Made by a program: the position numbers and the translations under genes. A stretch of DNA of 64,000 bases from the human T2T-CHM13v2.0 reference genome, Homo sapiens: NCBI RefSeq assembly GCF_009914755.1, contig NC_060925.1; one strand, 5' to 3'. The notes beneath the pieces were generated by a model. The model saw nothing but the letters and a program-made list of their open reading frames with translations, ran no database searches and was not told the DNA's origin. Positions within the stretch are counted from its first letter, which is position 1. Every line of letters begins with the position of its first letter. Of the stretch, positions 12,137 through 23,804 are shown in pieces.

Positions 12137-12714
12137 AATGAGACCATCAGGGAGGACAACCAGGAGGGGTGGGCAGGTGTGGACAAGTAGTGTTGGCACG
12201 GAGAGCCTTCCAGAAAACATGTGCAGTGGGCAACGTGTGAAAACAGGGTCACAGTTGGATTGTATGGGCCTCAGGAGGAGGTTTAGATGGAGTTTTCCTA
12301 TGAGAACTATGGCACTGTATAAGGTAGGCATGAGTGAGTAGACTTTAGACTATTGACCTTTCCAAATTATTGCAAATCTGGGGCCTCCCATCAGTCCTTG
12401 GAGGCTTGTTAGGTTCCCTCACTAGTGTATGCTCTTAGATATACCAAGAAAAATGGAAGCTAAGAGGACACAACTTATATGGAGCAGAACAAATCAACTT
12501 TTACTCTCTCCCTTTGAAACTGCTTGGGGATTATCAAAGTTTCCTTTGATATTACATTCAGAAAACAGGAAGAAAGAGAAGAGCCCAGGAGTTCAAGGTT
12601 CTCATTCCTCTGGGGACATGCAATAAGATGTTTGGCATTGACTTTGGCTTCATTCCTATTTAATCAAAGCACTGAATCTGCTTTTTTGTCTCTAGGTCCA
12701 GCATCCTTTGAAGC

Positions 12715-13013
12715 ATGAGTTCCCACAAGCAGAAGCAGCCCTTTACCTCACCCCCTCAGCTTCAACAGCAGCAGGTGAAACAGCACAGCCAGCCTCTCCC
12801 TTAGGAACCATTTGTTCCCATAACCAAGGAGCCATGCTACCCAAAACTTGGAACCTGGAACCTGGAAACACCAAGATTCCAGAGTTAGGCTGCACCAAGA
12901 TCCCTGAGCCAGGCTGCACCAAGGTCCTTGAGTCAATCTCCACCAAGGTACCAGAGCCACATCCTTCAACAGTCACTTCCGGCCCAGCTCAGCAGAAGTC
13001 CAAGTAGAAGTAA
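12715..13013 (+). pseudogene. Disrupted SPRR3-like coding region
   Basis: MSSHKQKQPFTSPPQLQQQQVKQHSQPLP*(TAG 12802-12804)EPFVPITKEPCYPKL, frameshift at the duplicated GGAACCT (~12850-12863), then EPGNTKIPELGCTKIPEPGCTKVLESISTKVPEPHPSTVTSGPAQQKSK*(TAG 13005-13007)K*; TKxPEPGC octapeptides are SPRR3-type. Confidence 0.9.
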
Positions 13014-13321
13014 TGTGGTGCACAGACAAGCCCTTGAGAAGCTGACCACCAGATGCTGGACACACTCTTCCTATCTGCTTCTGTATCTTAATTGTCTGTA
13101 GACCTTGTAACCAATACATTGTCACCCCAAGTCATAGTCTTTCTCTTATTTGTATTCTAAAAATATGCACTATGAAGCTCCTTTTGCTTGCACACACTCT
13201 GAAGAATTCTGTAAACCCCTGAGTTAAGCAGAAAGTCTTCATGGTTTTTCTGGTCTTCAGCTGCTCAGGGTTCATCTGAACATTCGAATGAAAAAAAATG
13301 CATATATCCTGCTCTGCCCTC

Positions 13322-13327
13322 ATTAAA
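13322..13327 (+). terminator. Poly(A) signal ATTAAA of the SPRR3-like gene
   Basis: Same context as SPRR1B (attaaa-t(t)cacttt...tgtgtgtcattg), with a GT-rich downstream element. Confidence 0.7.
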
Positions 13328-15167
13328 TCACTTTTAACTCCAGTCTTGGCTGTGTGTGTCATTGGCTGAATCTTCCTCCTTCCTTGTTTCCCCATTGTGA
13401 GTCAGGACCTATAGACAAAAAGGAGTTGGTGTAGAATTCATCTATCTAAACCCAGTACTATATGTTTCTATGTGTGTGGGGGGGTACACTTGGGGGTGTT
13501 CCTGGAATGACAATGGGTATTCTGTGATGGTGCATAGAGATTGTCACTTTGGGCAGCCACAGGCTCTCCTTTTGCACTGAACTGAGTCATGCCTGAGTTC
13601 CATGTTGCCTGCTCCAGGCCACCTCTCATCCTTAGTATCCTTCCCACTAATTTCCTGTTCCTAGAAAACTTTACTCCTACATATTTGAACTTGATATTCT
13701 ATTTTGCTTTATTCATTTTACCTTCCAGATACCCCAACACATACAGACATAAACACACACACTCACTAAAAAGCAGATTCATTTTAAATAGTCACACACT
13801 CACATAATCACTCACACAAGCTCTATCCTCATTGGCTCAGGCAATGTTACCTTTAGCTGGGTATTCGCCATGTACAGAGAGGCCTGAAGTTGGAGGAGCA
13901 AGAGGGAGTGGAGGATACACAATGCCTCCCTTGCATAATTTCGCAGTTTTGTCTAGAAGTTAGGACATTCATATCTTTTTCACACAAATACTCACTATAC
14001 AGTCTCTCTCTCTCTCCCCCATCCCTTTTTCTTTCTCTCCCTCAGAATAACCCACAGAAACAGATTTATCCAGTAATTCCAAACAAGATGTGGGTTTTAA
14101 ACAGGGATTAGGATTACACAATTTAGGTGAGGTGAATAACTGGCCACCAAGTTAGGAAAGAGTAGGTAATTAAGGTATAAAACCTCAGGAGTTATAGGAG
14201 ACTTAAAGAGCACCCAGTAGAGTTGCTCCATTTCTTAAATAAAGAAATTGATACCCAAAAAGTTAATTAAGGTAACCCTGAAATTATGTTTCTGCATCAC
14301 CCTGGAGCATAATTCCTCAGACTCCCAGCTCCCAACTCTCCCCTGCAGCCTTGTCTTTTTTATTTCAGGGGTGACCAACAGGTTTGCAGGTCTGTGTTGA
14401 GTGGCTCTGGGATATTGTAGAATGGTCTCTAACAGTAGAAAGGATGACAAAACTTCTGAAGGGCTACAGTAACCACCGGGGAACAAACTCTATTTCTTGA
14501 TAGGTTGCATGGTTCATAATATCAAAGAAGTGTGAAGCCAGTGACAGGTTACACCTGCATGATACACAGGTACTCCAAATAGGTTTTACAAGACCTCAGA
14601 GATATTTGCAAATGATAAGACAAAAATTGTCCAAAGAATCATTACAAGTTGATGAGTAGTTGTCAAACTGGCAAGAGAGAATGATGTCACTTGGGCCTGT
14701 TAGGTATGCACATGATGAGGTGGCTTCAAATTACTGCTGATTCTATGATAGAAAGTCTAGAGATAATTTCAGGACCAATCACAATTAAGTAGGATGATTC
14801 TGGGTGGGGAAGTGGACTCTATGATACAGAGCTATTACGAATGTAAAGTCATGTACTTACTTGTTCCCATTGTTTGGGGCTGCTTTTTAAAAATACAAAT
14901 TTATTGTGGAAAATACATCTGTCACATAAAAATTGTGATTTAAGGCATTTTTATGTGGGCTTTTTTGGCATTCATTCCATTTACGATGTTGTATGTCTTT
15001 GTTTATATATATATATGTGTGTGTATGTGTATGCATGTGGGTTGGTGGAAGATTAAAAAAATCCCGATACTTACTATAGCAAAATATAAACAGTGGTTAT
15101 TTCTGGCTGTTTAATGTTAGTGTTCATTTAATAGCTATCTGTTTTATACATTATTAATTATATAATA

Positions 15168-15268
15168 ATTTTTTTTTCTTTTTTTTATTTTTTGAGATGG
15201 AGTCTCGCTCTATCACCCAGTCTGGAGTGCAGGGGCTCAATCTTGGCTCGCTGCAACCTCTGCCTCCC
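15168..15268 (-). mobile_element. 5'-truncated Alu fragment
   Basis: Poly-T followed by gagatggagtctcgctct...gcaacctctgcctccc. Confidence 0.85.
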
Positions 15269-16334
15269 TTTCTTTCAGATATTGCTAAGTAACAAGAATA
15301 ACGTTCTTCTAGCAGTAGCCTTGCCAGCCAGCTCCTGTAATCTTACCTGCATATCCTGTTACATATTCTTCCTGGGGTTGAGAGACATAGCCTTCAAGTG
15401 TCCAGAACTTTTCACGTTTCCACAAAGCCCGCCTCACCACTGTCCACCACCACATTGTCTCTCCTCAGTGTCTACCTCTTCAGTAACCACCTAGACAGTG
15501 TCTGCCCAAGTCTACTTTGAAACCTTCTTCATCTGGCCAGCAGCAACACATTCCCCAAAGCAGTCTCAGAAGCTGGCAGGGGGAAAACATGACAAAGACA
15601 AATGGATCCTCCTTCTCATGACTCTCCATCAAATGTTCTTCAAAGCCTGAAATGGTGAAGAAGGCCTCTTCACCAAGCTTCAGTCTCTGATCTCCCTGGG
15701 ATGAGGCTAAACTAAGAGAAGGATTCTTTCCTGAATTTATTGTCATGCAGCATTCCAGGGTAAGCGAGGAAAGGACAAGCCCCAGCCACATCAACTTTTC
15801 TGGAGTCTCCAAAGAAAGAACTTAAATCAAGTTCAACTTTCTTACAGTGATCTGTCCAACTTTCTGTGCTCTGGGCATTGATTTCCATCCTTATAATGAT
15901 TGTGTTTATATATCCACTTCCTGAATTATGTGCCTCTTTCATGATTGTCTTAACCTGATTCCTACAGTAAGTTGTGCCTGACACTAATGCCTCATAGGCA
16001 GGAAGTTTATTTGGGAATGCAATCCCAAGGAAGAGGAATAATGGACAAAGGGAAATACAAGAGGGAAGGAATGTCCATTCAAGAAGGCATTACCATTTTG
16101 CACATCACCCAGAACAGCTGACAGTCAAGTCCATGGGACTTTTTTTAATAGCAACTCAGTAAATTTATTGACTTATTTTAAGACTGTAACAATAGAATTG
16201 TTTTCATTTTAGCACTTAGTCATTTATAATTGCAAAGACATTGCCTTATCGGTCCTTGGATAATGGGAAAAGGGAGAGAAAGTGACTATGTAACTTAATT
16301 AGCATATATGATGTCAGTTAATGATTATTGAACA

Positions 16335-16548
16335 ATCCCTGTACCAGTTACTGTTGTAAACACTCTACTGTTATTAACCCATTTATTCCTCCCAGAAGCA
16401 CTGTGAGATACCTACTACTATCTTCATTTTATGTACAAAGAAACTGAAACACAGGTTAGGGTAATAACTTGCCCAGAGTCACCAATAATTCAGCTGGGAC
16501 CAGAACTCAGTAAGTCTGGCTGCAGAGTTCACACTTGTAACCATTATT
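16335..16548 (-). mobile_element. MIR SINE
   Basis: Core 'cattttatgtacaaagaaactgaaacacagg...aacttgcccagagtcac'. Confidence 0.7.
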
Positions 16549-16779
16549 TTACACTCACTTCTCAAACATAAAGTACCTAATATTGGTGCTGTACTGATAG
16601 CTCAACAATGGTTAGTTCCTCCCAACCATGTGCTTTCTTCCTGAAATATTTTATTATAATTACTACAAAGCCATTCAAAATTGAATGCTGAAACTTGTGT
16701 CTTACCTCTTTTTTTATTGGGTCATATAGTAGTCCCCTTCCCCCCTCCCCCCTCCCTCCTTCTGCTTCTCCTTCCTCGT

Positions 16780-17200
16780 CTTGTTTGTTCCAGAAGCACA
16801 CATGCAGGCTTGTACATGAGTAAATAACGTCCTGCTCAGGGTTGGTGTACAAATGATTCCATCACCCAAGTTGTGAGCACAGTACCTGACAGGTAGCCTT
16901 CCAACCCATTCCCATCTTCCACCTTCCCCCCAAGCACTCCTGAGTGTCTATTGTTCCCACCTTTGTGTCCACGTGCACTCAATGCTTCGCTCCCACTTAT
17001 AAGTAAGAACATGCAGTAGTTGGTTTATTCTTGCATTAGTTCCCTTAGGATAATGGCCTTCAGCTTCAGCTATATTGTACAAAGAACATATTCTAGCAAA
17101 GACATGAAATCAATGAAGATGCCCAGCAACAGTGAACTGAATAAAGAAAATGTGGTACATATACATACATCATAGAATACTATACAACCATAAAAAAGGT
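16780..17200 (-). mobile_element. Short L1 3' end with an inverted segment (~17097-17200 on +)
   Basis: 'gctcccacttataagtaagaacatgcag' (minus) followed by 'gaataaagaaaatgtggtacatatacatac' (plus); consistent with twin priming. Confidence 0.65.
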
Positions 17201-18280
17201 CCATGGATGGGACTTTCTGATGATCTTTAAGAAGTAGTCTCAGAACTCTCTGTCCTGGAGATGAAGGCAGGAAGTATTTATCCATTGTCTTATTTCACTT
17301 CCCCTCACTATCATCATTTGTCAAATCTGGGCCCATATGTATTGACTCCCCCACACTTCCCAGTTGTACACACAAAAGCATTCCATGAGTGCCCTGCACT
17401 GCAGTATCATAGGAGCCCCAGATCAAGAAGAAAGAGGTATGTAGTATGGTCTGCAGAGCAACTTTATCAGGTATCTCCTGCACAAAGCCCATCCAAGCCT
17501 ATGTGAAAAGAGCCACATGACTATGTATAAAAGGCAGGGCAGAGAGAATTTGTAGGGATATCCACGAGGTGTCAAGTACAGTTAATCAGAAAGGTCAGGC
17601 TTTGATGTTAATAAAAACAATCAGCAGCATTCTTTCATCCTGAGAAGGACAGACATAAAAGTCAGAGGCATATGGGGAGATGTTAGTTGCAATCTGCAGC
17701 CATATGGCTTCCCAGTAAATCCGTGGCTGATCCAGCACTACTGATGAGGAAATTGAGCTTTCTTGTACAGTGAAAAAAAAGCAGCAGGGGGATCTTTACA
17801 CCTAGCTATTCAATGTAATTTAGAAAAAACAGCAGAAGAGTAAAATGAGAAAGTCTAGAAGCTAGAATGAGAACAGTGCTGACTGAGGGAGAGGAGATAT
17901 GTCAAGTGAGTGCATCAGGTCAACACCTAAACAGCATATTGAATGAAAGCTCCCCCAAGACATGTGGGTCTAGGAAAGACATGGGAGGCAGGGGCCCAGC
18001 CTCAGAGCTGAGGTTCAGGTCAGCCAGGTCCTGGGCCTGGCGGCATGGAGGACCGAGAAGCAGGAAGCAGGTTGCCTTGGACCTGATAATCCCACCATAT
18101 TGCAAACAAAGTGTGCTTATAATTTCCTTCGTAGAGTCTACAGGGAGCAGGTTTGAGGAAAGGCTTGTGTCCAAGTCTAGAAAAGAGCTCAACTGATGCA
18201 AGAGGCATGGTGATGACAGTGGCCACAGACCAAAGTGAGGTGACTACTTAAACAAGGAGAGAGAGAAATAGATAAGTGGA

Positions 18281-18632
18281 TGTATTCATCCATTTTCATG
18301 CTGCTGACAAAGACATAACAGGGACTGGGCAATTTACAACAGAAGAGGTTTAATGGACTTACAGTTCCACATGGCTGGAGAGGCCTCACAATCATGGCAG
18401 AAGGCAAGGAGAAGCACATCACATCTTATATGGATGGCAGTAGGCAAACAGAGAGCTTGTACAGGAGAACTCCTCCTTTTCCAAAACCATCAGATATCTT
18501 GAGACGTATTCACTATCATGAGAACAGCACTGGAAAGACCTTCCCCCATGATTCAATTACTTCCCACCGGGTCCCTCCCACAACATGTGGGAATTCAAAC
18601 TGAGAGTTGGGTGGGGCAACAGCCTAATCATA
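18281..18632 (-). mobile_element. THE1 (MaLR) solo LTR, ~1.3 kb upstream of SPRR1B
   Basis: 'tgtattcatccattttcatgctgctgacaaagacata...gaggcctcacaatcatggcagaaggcaagg...cccccatgattcaattac'. Confidence 0.85.
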
Positions 18633-19799
18633 ATGGATAAAATGACAGAAATATCTGTCTCTTGCTAAGCTCTTACAGCTTTTCTCAGCTTATACCATGA
18701 GGCCTGCCACAAGGAAGGATTTCCCCTATAAAAAAATTTCCTGATAGTTCTCAAAACAGCCTCTGGCATCTCTTCACGAATAACATCATCCACCCATCTC
18801 TCCATCCTTCCATTCATTCATTTATTCTATAATTGTCAATTCTCTGAGCAGCTACTACACACCAGGCATCATGTGAAGATGGAAGGTAGAACAATGGCTA
18901 AGCAGAGGAACCTCTGGTGGTAGCTGGCTGGTCCTGGGCTCAAGTTCATGAGAGGTGACACAGCTGTGCAGCCAGCAGTTGCTCTACAAACATTTAGATG
19001 AGTGAAAATAATGAGAGAGGGACCATCCGACACCTGGATTTGAAGGATAGTTTGGATTTTCCAAAAACCACACTTGCAACAGGTTGTGTACTGCAGGTAG
19101 ACCTGGATTAGTGACCTAAGTTTCATCTTGTCTTGAGGAGAGTGAACTTTGATATAAGGGCTCAGGGAATCCCAGCTCCTTTGTTCCTTCCCATGTTGGC
19201 TGCAGAGAAGGGATTCCCCATGATAGCCAGGGTCTTCAGGGCCTACTGTCACAATGTACAGAATAAATGGATGGACTAAAAGGGCCAGGTTGCTCCAGAG
19301 CTTCCGAACGTGACCATTCTTCCCAGAGTTTCACTGCTCAGAACTCTCCTTCACAGACTGAGGTCAGCCTGCCCCTATGTTGTTTACCCTGAGTTCCTCC
19401 TTGGAGAAAAGGCTTTTTAGAACCGAAATAATCATTTTAGTTTTTCCTTTCCCCTGCCAGGCACGAGTATACTGAGTGATGGATTAACAGAATATTACTA
19501 TTTTTCACCTAGCCACCATGGCCTTGGCCTCCCAGAATAACCAGAAATACCTATTGTTTAGCTCTACATCCACTTCATATATTAAACAGCCCTACAAGTG
19601 TCACCTGTGCTGAGGATTAGACTCTTCCAGAAGATAGGACAGTTTCTGGTTCCAGCAGCCCCAGAATGTCTTCCTTCTCTCTCTTTCAGCCCACACCACC
19701 CTTCCTGTAAACACTACACCTGGGAGCAAAGGGTGTTCAGGGGGATAAAGCCCAGGTGACATCCTTGTCAGACAGCAAGTGCCACAAGTTTCATCACAA

Positions 19800-19944
19800 A
19801 AGTTGAGTCAACAGGTGGGTGAGGGAAGAGGGGTGAATCACATCTGACAGGTAAGGAATGTAGGCACAGCAGCCCAGATGGATCCTGTTTCCTTGAGGCA
19901 GGGCTTGTTCCATGCATAAAAAGCCAGTTGGCTGGGAACACTAC
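19800..19944 (+). promoter_or_regulatory. SPRR1B: SPRR1B proximal promoter
   Basis: AP-1 TGAGTCA at 19804-19810, AP-1-like TGAATCA at 19834-19840, Ets-type TTTCCT at 19888-19893, TATA-like CATAAAAA at 19915-19922. Confidence 0.8.
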
Positions 19945-19989
19945 ACCAGTTCTAAGGGACCATACAGAGTATTCCTCTCTTCACACCAG
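19945..19989 (+). other. SPRR1B: SPRR1B non-coding exon 1 (TSS approximate)
   Basis: Starts ~25 bp after the TATA-like box; strong donor CAG|GTGAGT; intron 19990-21066 ends tgtgtccAG. Confidence 0.8.
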
Positions 19990-21085
19990 GTGAGTCTCTT
20001 TACTTGGAACTCTTTAGCATCCATTCTAGGTATTTAATTTTTATTAGAGTCTCCTTGGCATTCTTGGTATTTTTTCCCTCATTATTGAATTTGATCATAG
20101 CCATGCAGACTGTTCAATTGAATTATAACCTCTAGTAATATCTTCATTTTAAAAGTAATCATACTGTGGGCTTGAAGAGACTTTAGACATTATCAGTTCT
20201 TCATTCACTCTTTCTGTGTCAGCAAGAAGGGGGTTGGTTTATTCAAGGATCCATAGTAAGTTTGTAATAGGATAATGACTAGAACCCAGGTCCACAGCAC
20301 TTACCCTGGCATTATAATTCCTTCTTATTTATAATTTTAATACAGAGAATTTTATTCTTTCAACAGATACTTTTGTGAGAGCTTACTATATTTGGCAATT
20401 TGTTTGCAAAGAAATAATTTAAGCATCTATGATACTACAATTTAATCAGGAAATAAGAGCTAAAATGCATTGTATAATAGTAACTTATCAGTGCCAGGTG
20501 ATTAGGGCAAGTTCTGTGACAGTTTGGGAATAGAGAGATTTCTGGAAGGTTTTTTCTAGAGAAGCCACTAAAAGTCCCATATGAAGCGATCTGTGGAGTT
20601 TGGTTAGTGCTTGAATGAGTAGGAACAAGGAAAACATTTAAGACAGAGGAGAACTTGAGCCAGGCCACAGGTGGGATTGCTTGGGGTTCTAGAGAGGTCA
20701 GAGTTATACAATAGATGATAAGCCATGCTATTTATCAGAAATGAGTGAGTAGATTTAATTTGTTAGGGTTTTTTTTTCCAAATAACCTCACATTTCCAAT
20801 GGTCCAGTATTATGAGTCTCATATTCCTGCTAGAAGCCTGTTATTGTGCTGTGTAGGAAGAAAGAGAGCACCAGGAGAGGCCCTGCTCCAGTGGAGCAAG
20901 AGCAAATCATCTTTAAGTTCCTCTTCTTCAAAGGCTCAGAAATTAAATTAAGTATTCTTTGTGGTCAAGAAGGGGAAAGAACATTGCTTTTTAAGAGACC
21001 AGAAGTGGTATTCACCATGGCTTCTTCCCTATTATTCTCTGTTTAAATCATCTGTTCTGTGTCCAGGACCAGCCACTGTTGCAGC

Positions 21086-21355
21086 ATGAGTTCCCAGCAG
21101 CAGAAGCAGCCCTGCATCCCACCCCCTCAGCTTCAGCAGCAGCAGGTGAAACAGCCTTGCCAGCCTCCACCTCAGGAACCATGCATCCCCAAAACCAAGG
21201 AGCCCTGCCACCCCAAGGTGCCTGAGCCCTGCCACCCCAAAGTGCCTGAGCCCTGCCAGCCCAAGGTTCCAGAGCCATGCCACCCCAAGGTGCCTGAGCC
21301 CTGCCCTTCAATAGTCACTCCAGCACCAGCCCAGCAGAAGACCAAGCAGAAGTAA
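21086..21355 (+). CDS. SPRR1B: Small proline-rich protein 1B (cornifin-B), 89 aa
   Basis: [49 protein letters not shown]...PSIVTPAPAQQKTKQK; PKVPEPCH/Q octapeptide repeats; MSS, QLQ and PSIVT distinguish it from SPRR1A. The true ATG is at 21086; the ORF-track start at 21059 is intronic. Confidence 0.96.
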   Translation: MSSQQQKQPCIPPPQLQQQQVKQPCQPPPQEPCIPKTKEPCHPKVPEPCHPKVPEPCQPKVPEPCHPKVPEPCPSIVTPAPAQQKTKQK

Positions 21356-21618
21356 TGTGGTCCACAGCCATGCCCTTGAGGAGCCGGCCACCAGATGCTG
21401 AATCCCCTATCCCATTCTGTGTATGAGTCCCATTTGCCTTGCAATTAGCATTCTGTCTCCCCCAAAAAAGAATGTGCTATGAAGCTTTCTTTCCTACACA
21501 CTCTGAGTCTCTGAATGAAGCTGAAGGTCTTAGTACCAGAGCTAGTTTTCAGCTGCTCAGAATTCATCTGAAGAGAGACTTAAGATGAAAGCAAATGATT
21601 CAGCTCCCTTATACCCCC

Positions 21619-21624
21619 ATTAAA
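21619..21624 (+). terminator. SPRR1B: SPRR1B poly(A) signal ATTAAA
   Basis: ~260 nt after the stop codon, followed by a GT-rich element. Confidence 0.75.
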
Positions 21625-23804
21625 TTCACTTTCAATTCCACTCTTGACTGTGTGTCATTGACTCTACAACTTCATTCCTTTCCCTCGTGAAGCGGGAGCT
21701 GTACACAGAGATGAGTTGGTGAAGAAGGGCTTTGTCCAGAAGGCATCTGATACTCGCATTAGGAGGGTGAAGGGCTGCCCCCACAAGCATTCCTGGGCTG
21801 CCTATGGGAGGTTGTGTAATGCCACCTAGAGGCTGTTGCTTTGGGCATCCAGGGCTGGAGCAGGGCTCTCCTCTTGCAACTCAGTGAGTCATGCTAGAGT
21901 TTAGTTAGCACTTGTCTAAGCTGACCCTGACTCACTAATCCTGAGTGCCTTCTCTCCAAATCTGGCTTTTAGACTGCTAACTTACCAGCCAATTCCTGTT
22001 TATTTCAAGTAATGTTGTTCCTACATATGCTAACCTGCTCCTTCTCACTCATTTCTCTGATATCTACAACCTAGATTTCCAAACACCTCCAAAGATGCAC
22101 AGACTCCGTTCTTTATCTCAGTTAGTCATTTCTAGTTTCTGAGTGCCAACTCTGGACCTGAAACAGAACAAAGGGGATTTAAGGTGCTTGCCAGGGGCAT
22201 TTACAGTGCCCTGGAGGGATATACTTCACTCCCTACCCCACCCCTCATTCAAACACACATACACACATATACAACCACACACACAAGATCTGGAGTCCTC
22301 ACAGAGTAATACACAAAAGCTGATCCAGTTTGGAGACTGTTTCTTTCACATAGGTGGGAACCATGGAAGTGAGAACTGTAAAACCCACCCTCACCCCTCT
22401 CCCTGTAGTATCAACATGTTTCAAGTCAAATTAAACAAGATAGAGTTATCAACAGTGTATTCATATATATATGCATATATTTTTATATTGATGGAAAAAT
22501 AGGTTACTTTTGTATGTAACTGGGAGACAAAGCAAGTTGTTCTGCAGTAGCATAAAAGAGATTCTTTTTCTTAGGATGCAAAATGAAATAATAAAAAAAT
22601 TACATGCCATTGGTATAACTCAAGAAATTGTGATATTTTTGATCACGGCATTTTTACTTGATTGCATTATTTAAAATTACAAAGCCTATATGAAAAATAT
22701 TTGCCCTAAATTTTGTATTGCCCTAAGGGTTTTCTTGTTTAATTAGTAGGTAAAATCTACCATCATATCCAAATATAAGTGCCTCTAGCACCAAACCAAT
22801 TAACCAAGCAGAAAAAAAAGTGTTGTAATCATGCGATTATTAGTCAGCATAGGTCAGCTGCTATAACAACACCCCCTATATTGTTGGGGCTCCATCAAGT
22901 AAAAATTACTTTCCACTCATATAAAAGTCCAATATGGGTTTGTAAAGTCTTTGTTCCACATAGTCATGAAGACACACAGTCCTTCCTTCCTATGGTCTCA
23001 CTATCTCTGAGTGCTGTGCCTTATAAATCCAAGCACAAGAACAGGGAAATAGACTGAATATAGAGAAGGTGTCCCTGCACTTATCCACTTGGAACAAGAA
23101 ATGGCATGTATCCCCTCAGTTCTTATGGACTTGGCTAGAATTTGGTCACATAGCCCTGTCAACCTTACAAAGTTAAGAAATGTCGTTTACTGCTGTGCTT
23201 AGAAATAAGAGGAAGACAGAGATTTGGGTGAGCTCCTCAAGCTTCAGCCACAGAATAGCCTTCTTGTTCTCAAATATCCATCTGCTCCTTTGTCTCATAA
23301 GCAGAACACAATCCCGTAAGGAAAAAAAGCCTTATGGTCCCCATCAGCTCAAAATCTAGGATCTCTAGACGACATGAAATTCTCTCCATTACATTTTCCT
23401 ATGGCTCCTTTTGTTCAGCAAATTATGAAACAAACAAATGGGCCATTTCTTCCTGTTACCCAGCATCCAATGGCAATGCAGGTACAGGAGAGCTAAATCA
23501 AAACTACCATGTTCAAAGGAAGATAATGGTGACACATGGCAGCCACTAGGCCTTAGTACTCTGAAATCCAACTGGGCAGGCATTGTGAAGCCACACTCTT
23601 CCCACTCCAATATACCAGAAGTGGTAGAAGTTCCTTTTAAGGTATTGATTCTGTTCTCTGAAAGGAACTCCTTTTAACTTTCCTATTCGTTGTTCTGCCA
23701 CCCGTAGAATTGTCCTTTTCTTAGTACTATTCTCTATAATCAAACCTCAAGTGTGTATTGTGGATTGTGCCCTTCTTGGTTAGGTAAGCTTTGCAGCTCA
23801 CTTT

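Larger units (their letters stand above)
10549..13345 (+). pseudogene. Unprocessed SPRR3-like gene/pseudogene (exon 1 ~10549-10585, intron 10586-12695, exon 2 12696-~13345)
   Basis: Donor GAA|GTAAGA; acceptor ttttttgtctctAG|gtccagcatcctttgaagcATG, the exon-2 leader I recall for SPRR3; 3' UTR and downstream flank homologous to SPRR1B; ATTAAA at 13322. Confidence 0.85.

Noticed and set aside
12708-13007. 99-aa ORF-track entry as an intact SPRR gene
   Set aside because: Starts at TTG, and its first ~45 codons are out of frame with the SPRR head; it is the frameshifted pseudogene (only the ATG at 12834 is considered further)
21059-21085. N-terminal extension of SPRR1B (MSRTSHCCS)
   Set aside because: The GTG start lies in the intron, upstream of the acceptor at 21066
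21032-21444. Minus-strand repetitive ORFs over SPRR1B (and 12743-12976 over the pseudogene)
   Set aside because: Antisense shadows of the 24-nt coding repeats; no independent promoter or splice evidence
22830-23790. Possible ancient MaLR/LTR-derived sequence between SPRR1B and the L1PB-like element
   Set aside because: Too degenerate to assign family or boundaries by eye; needs RepeatMasker
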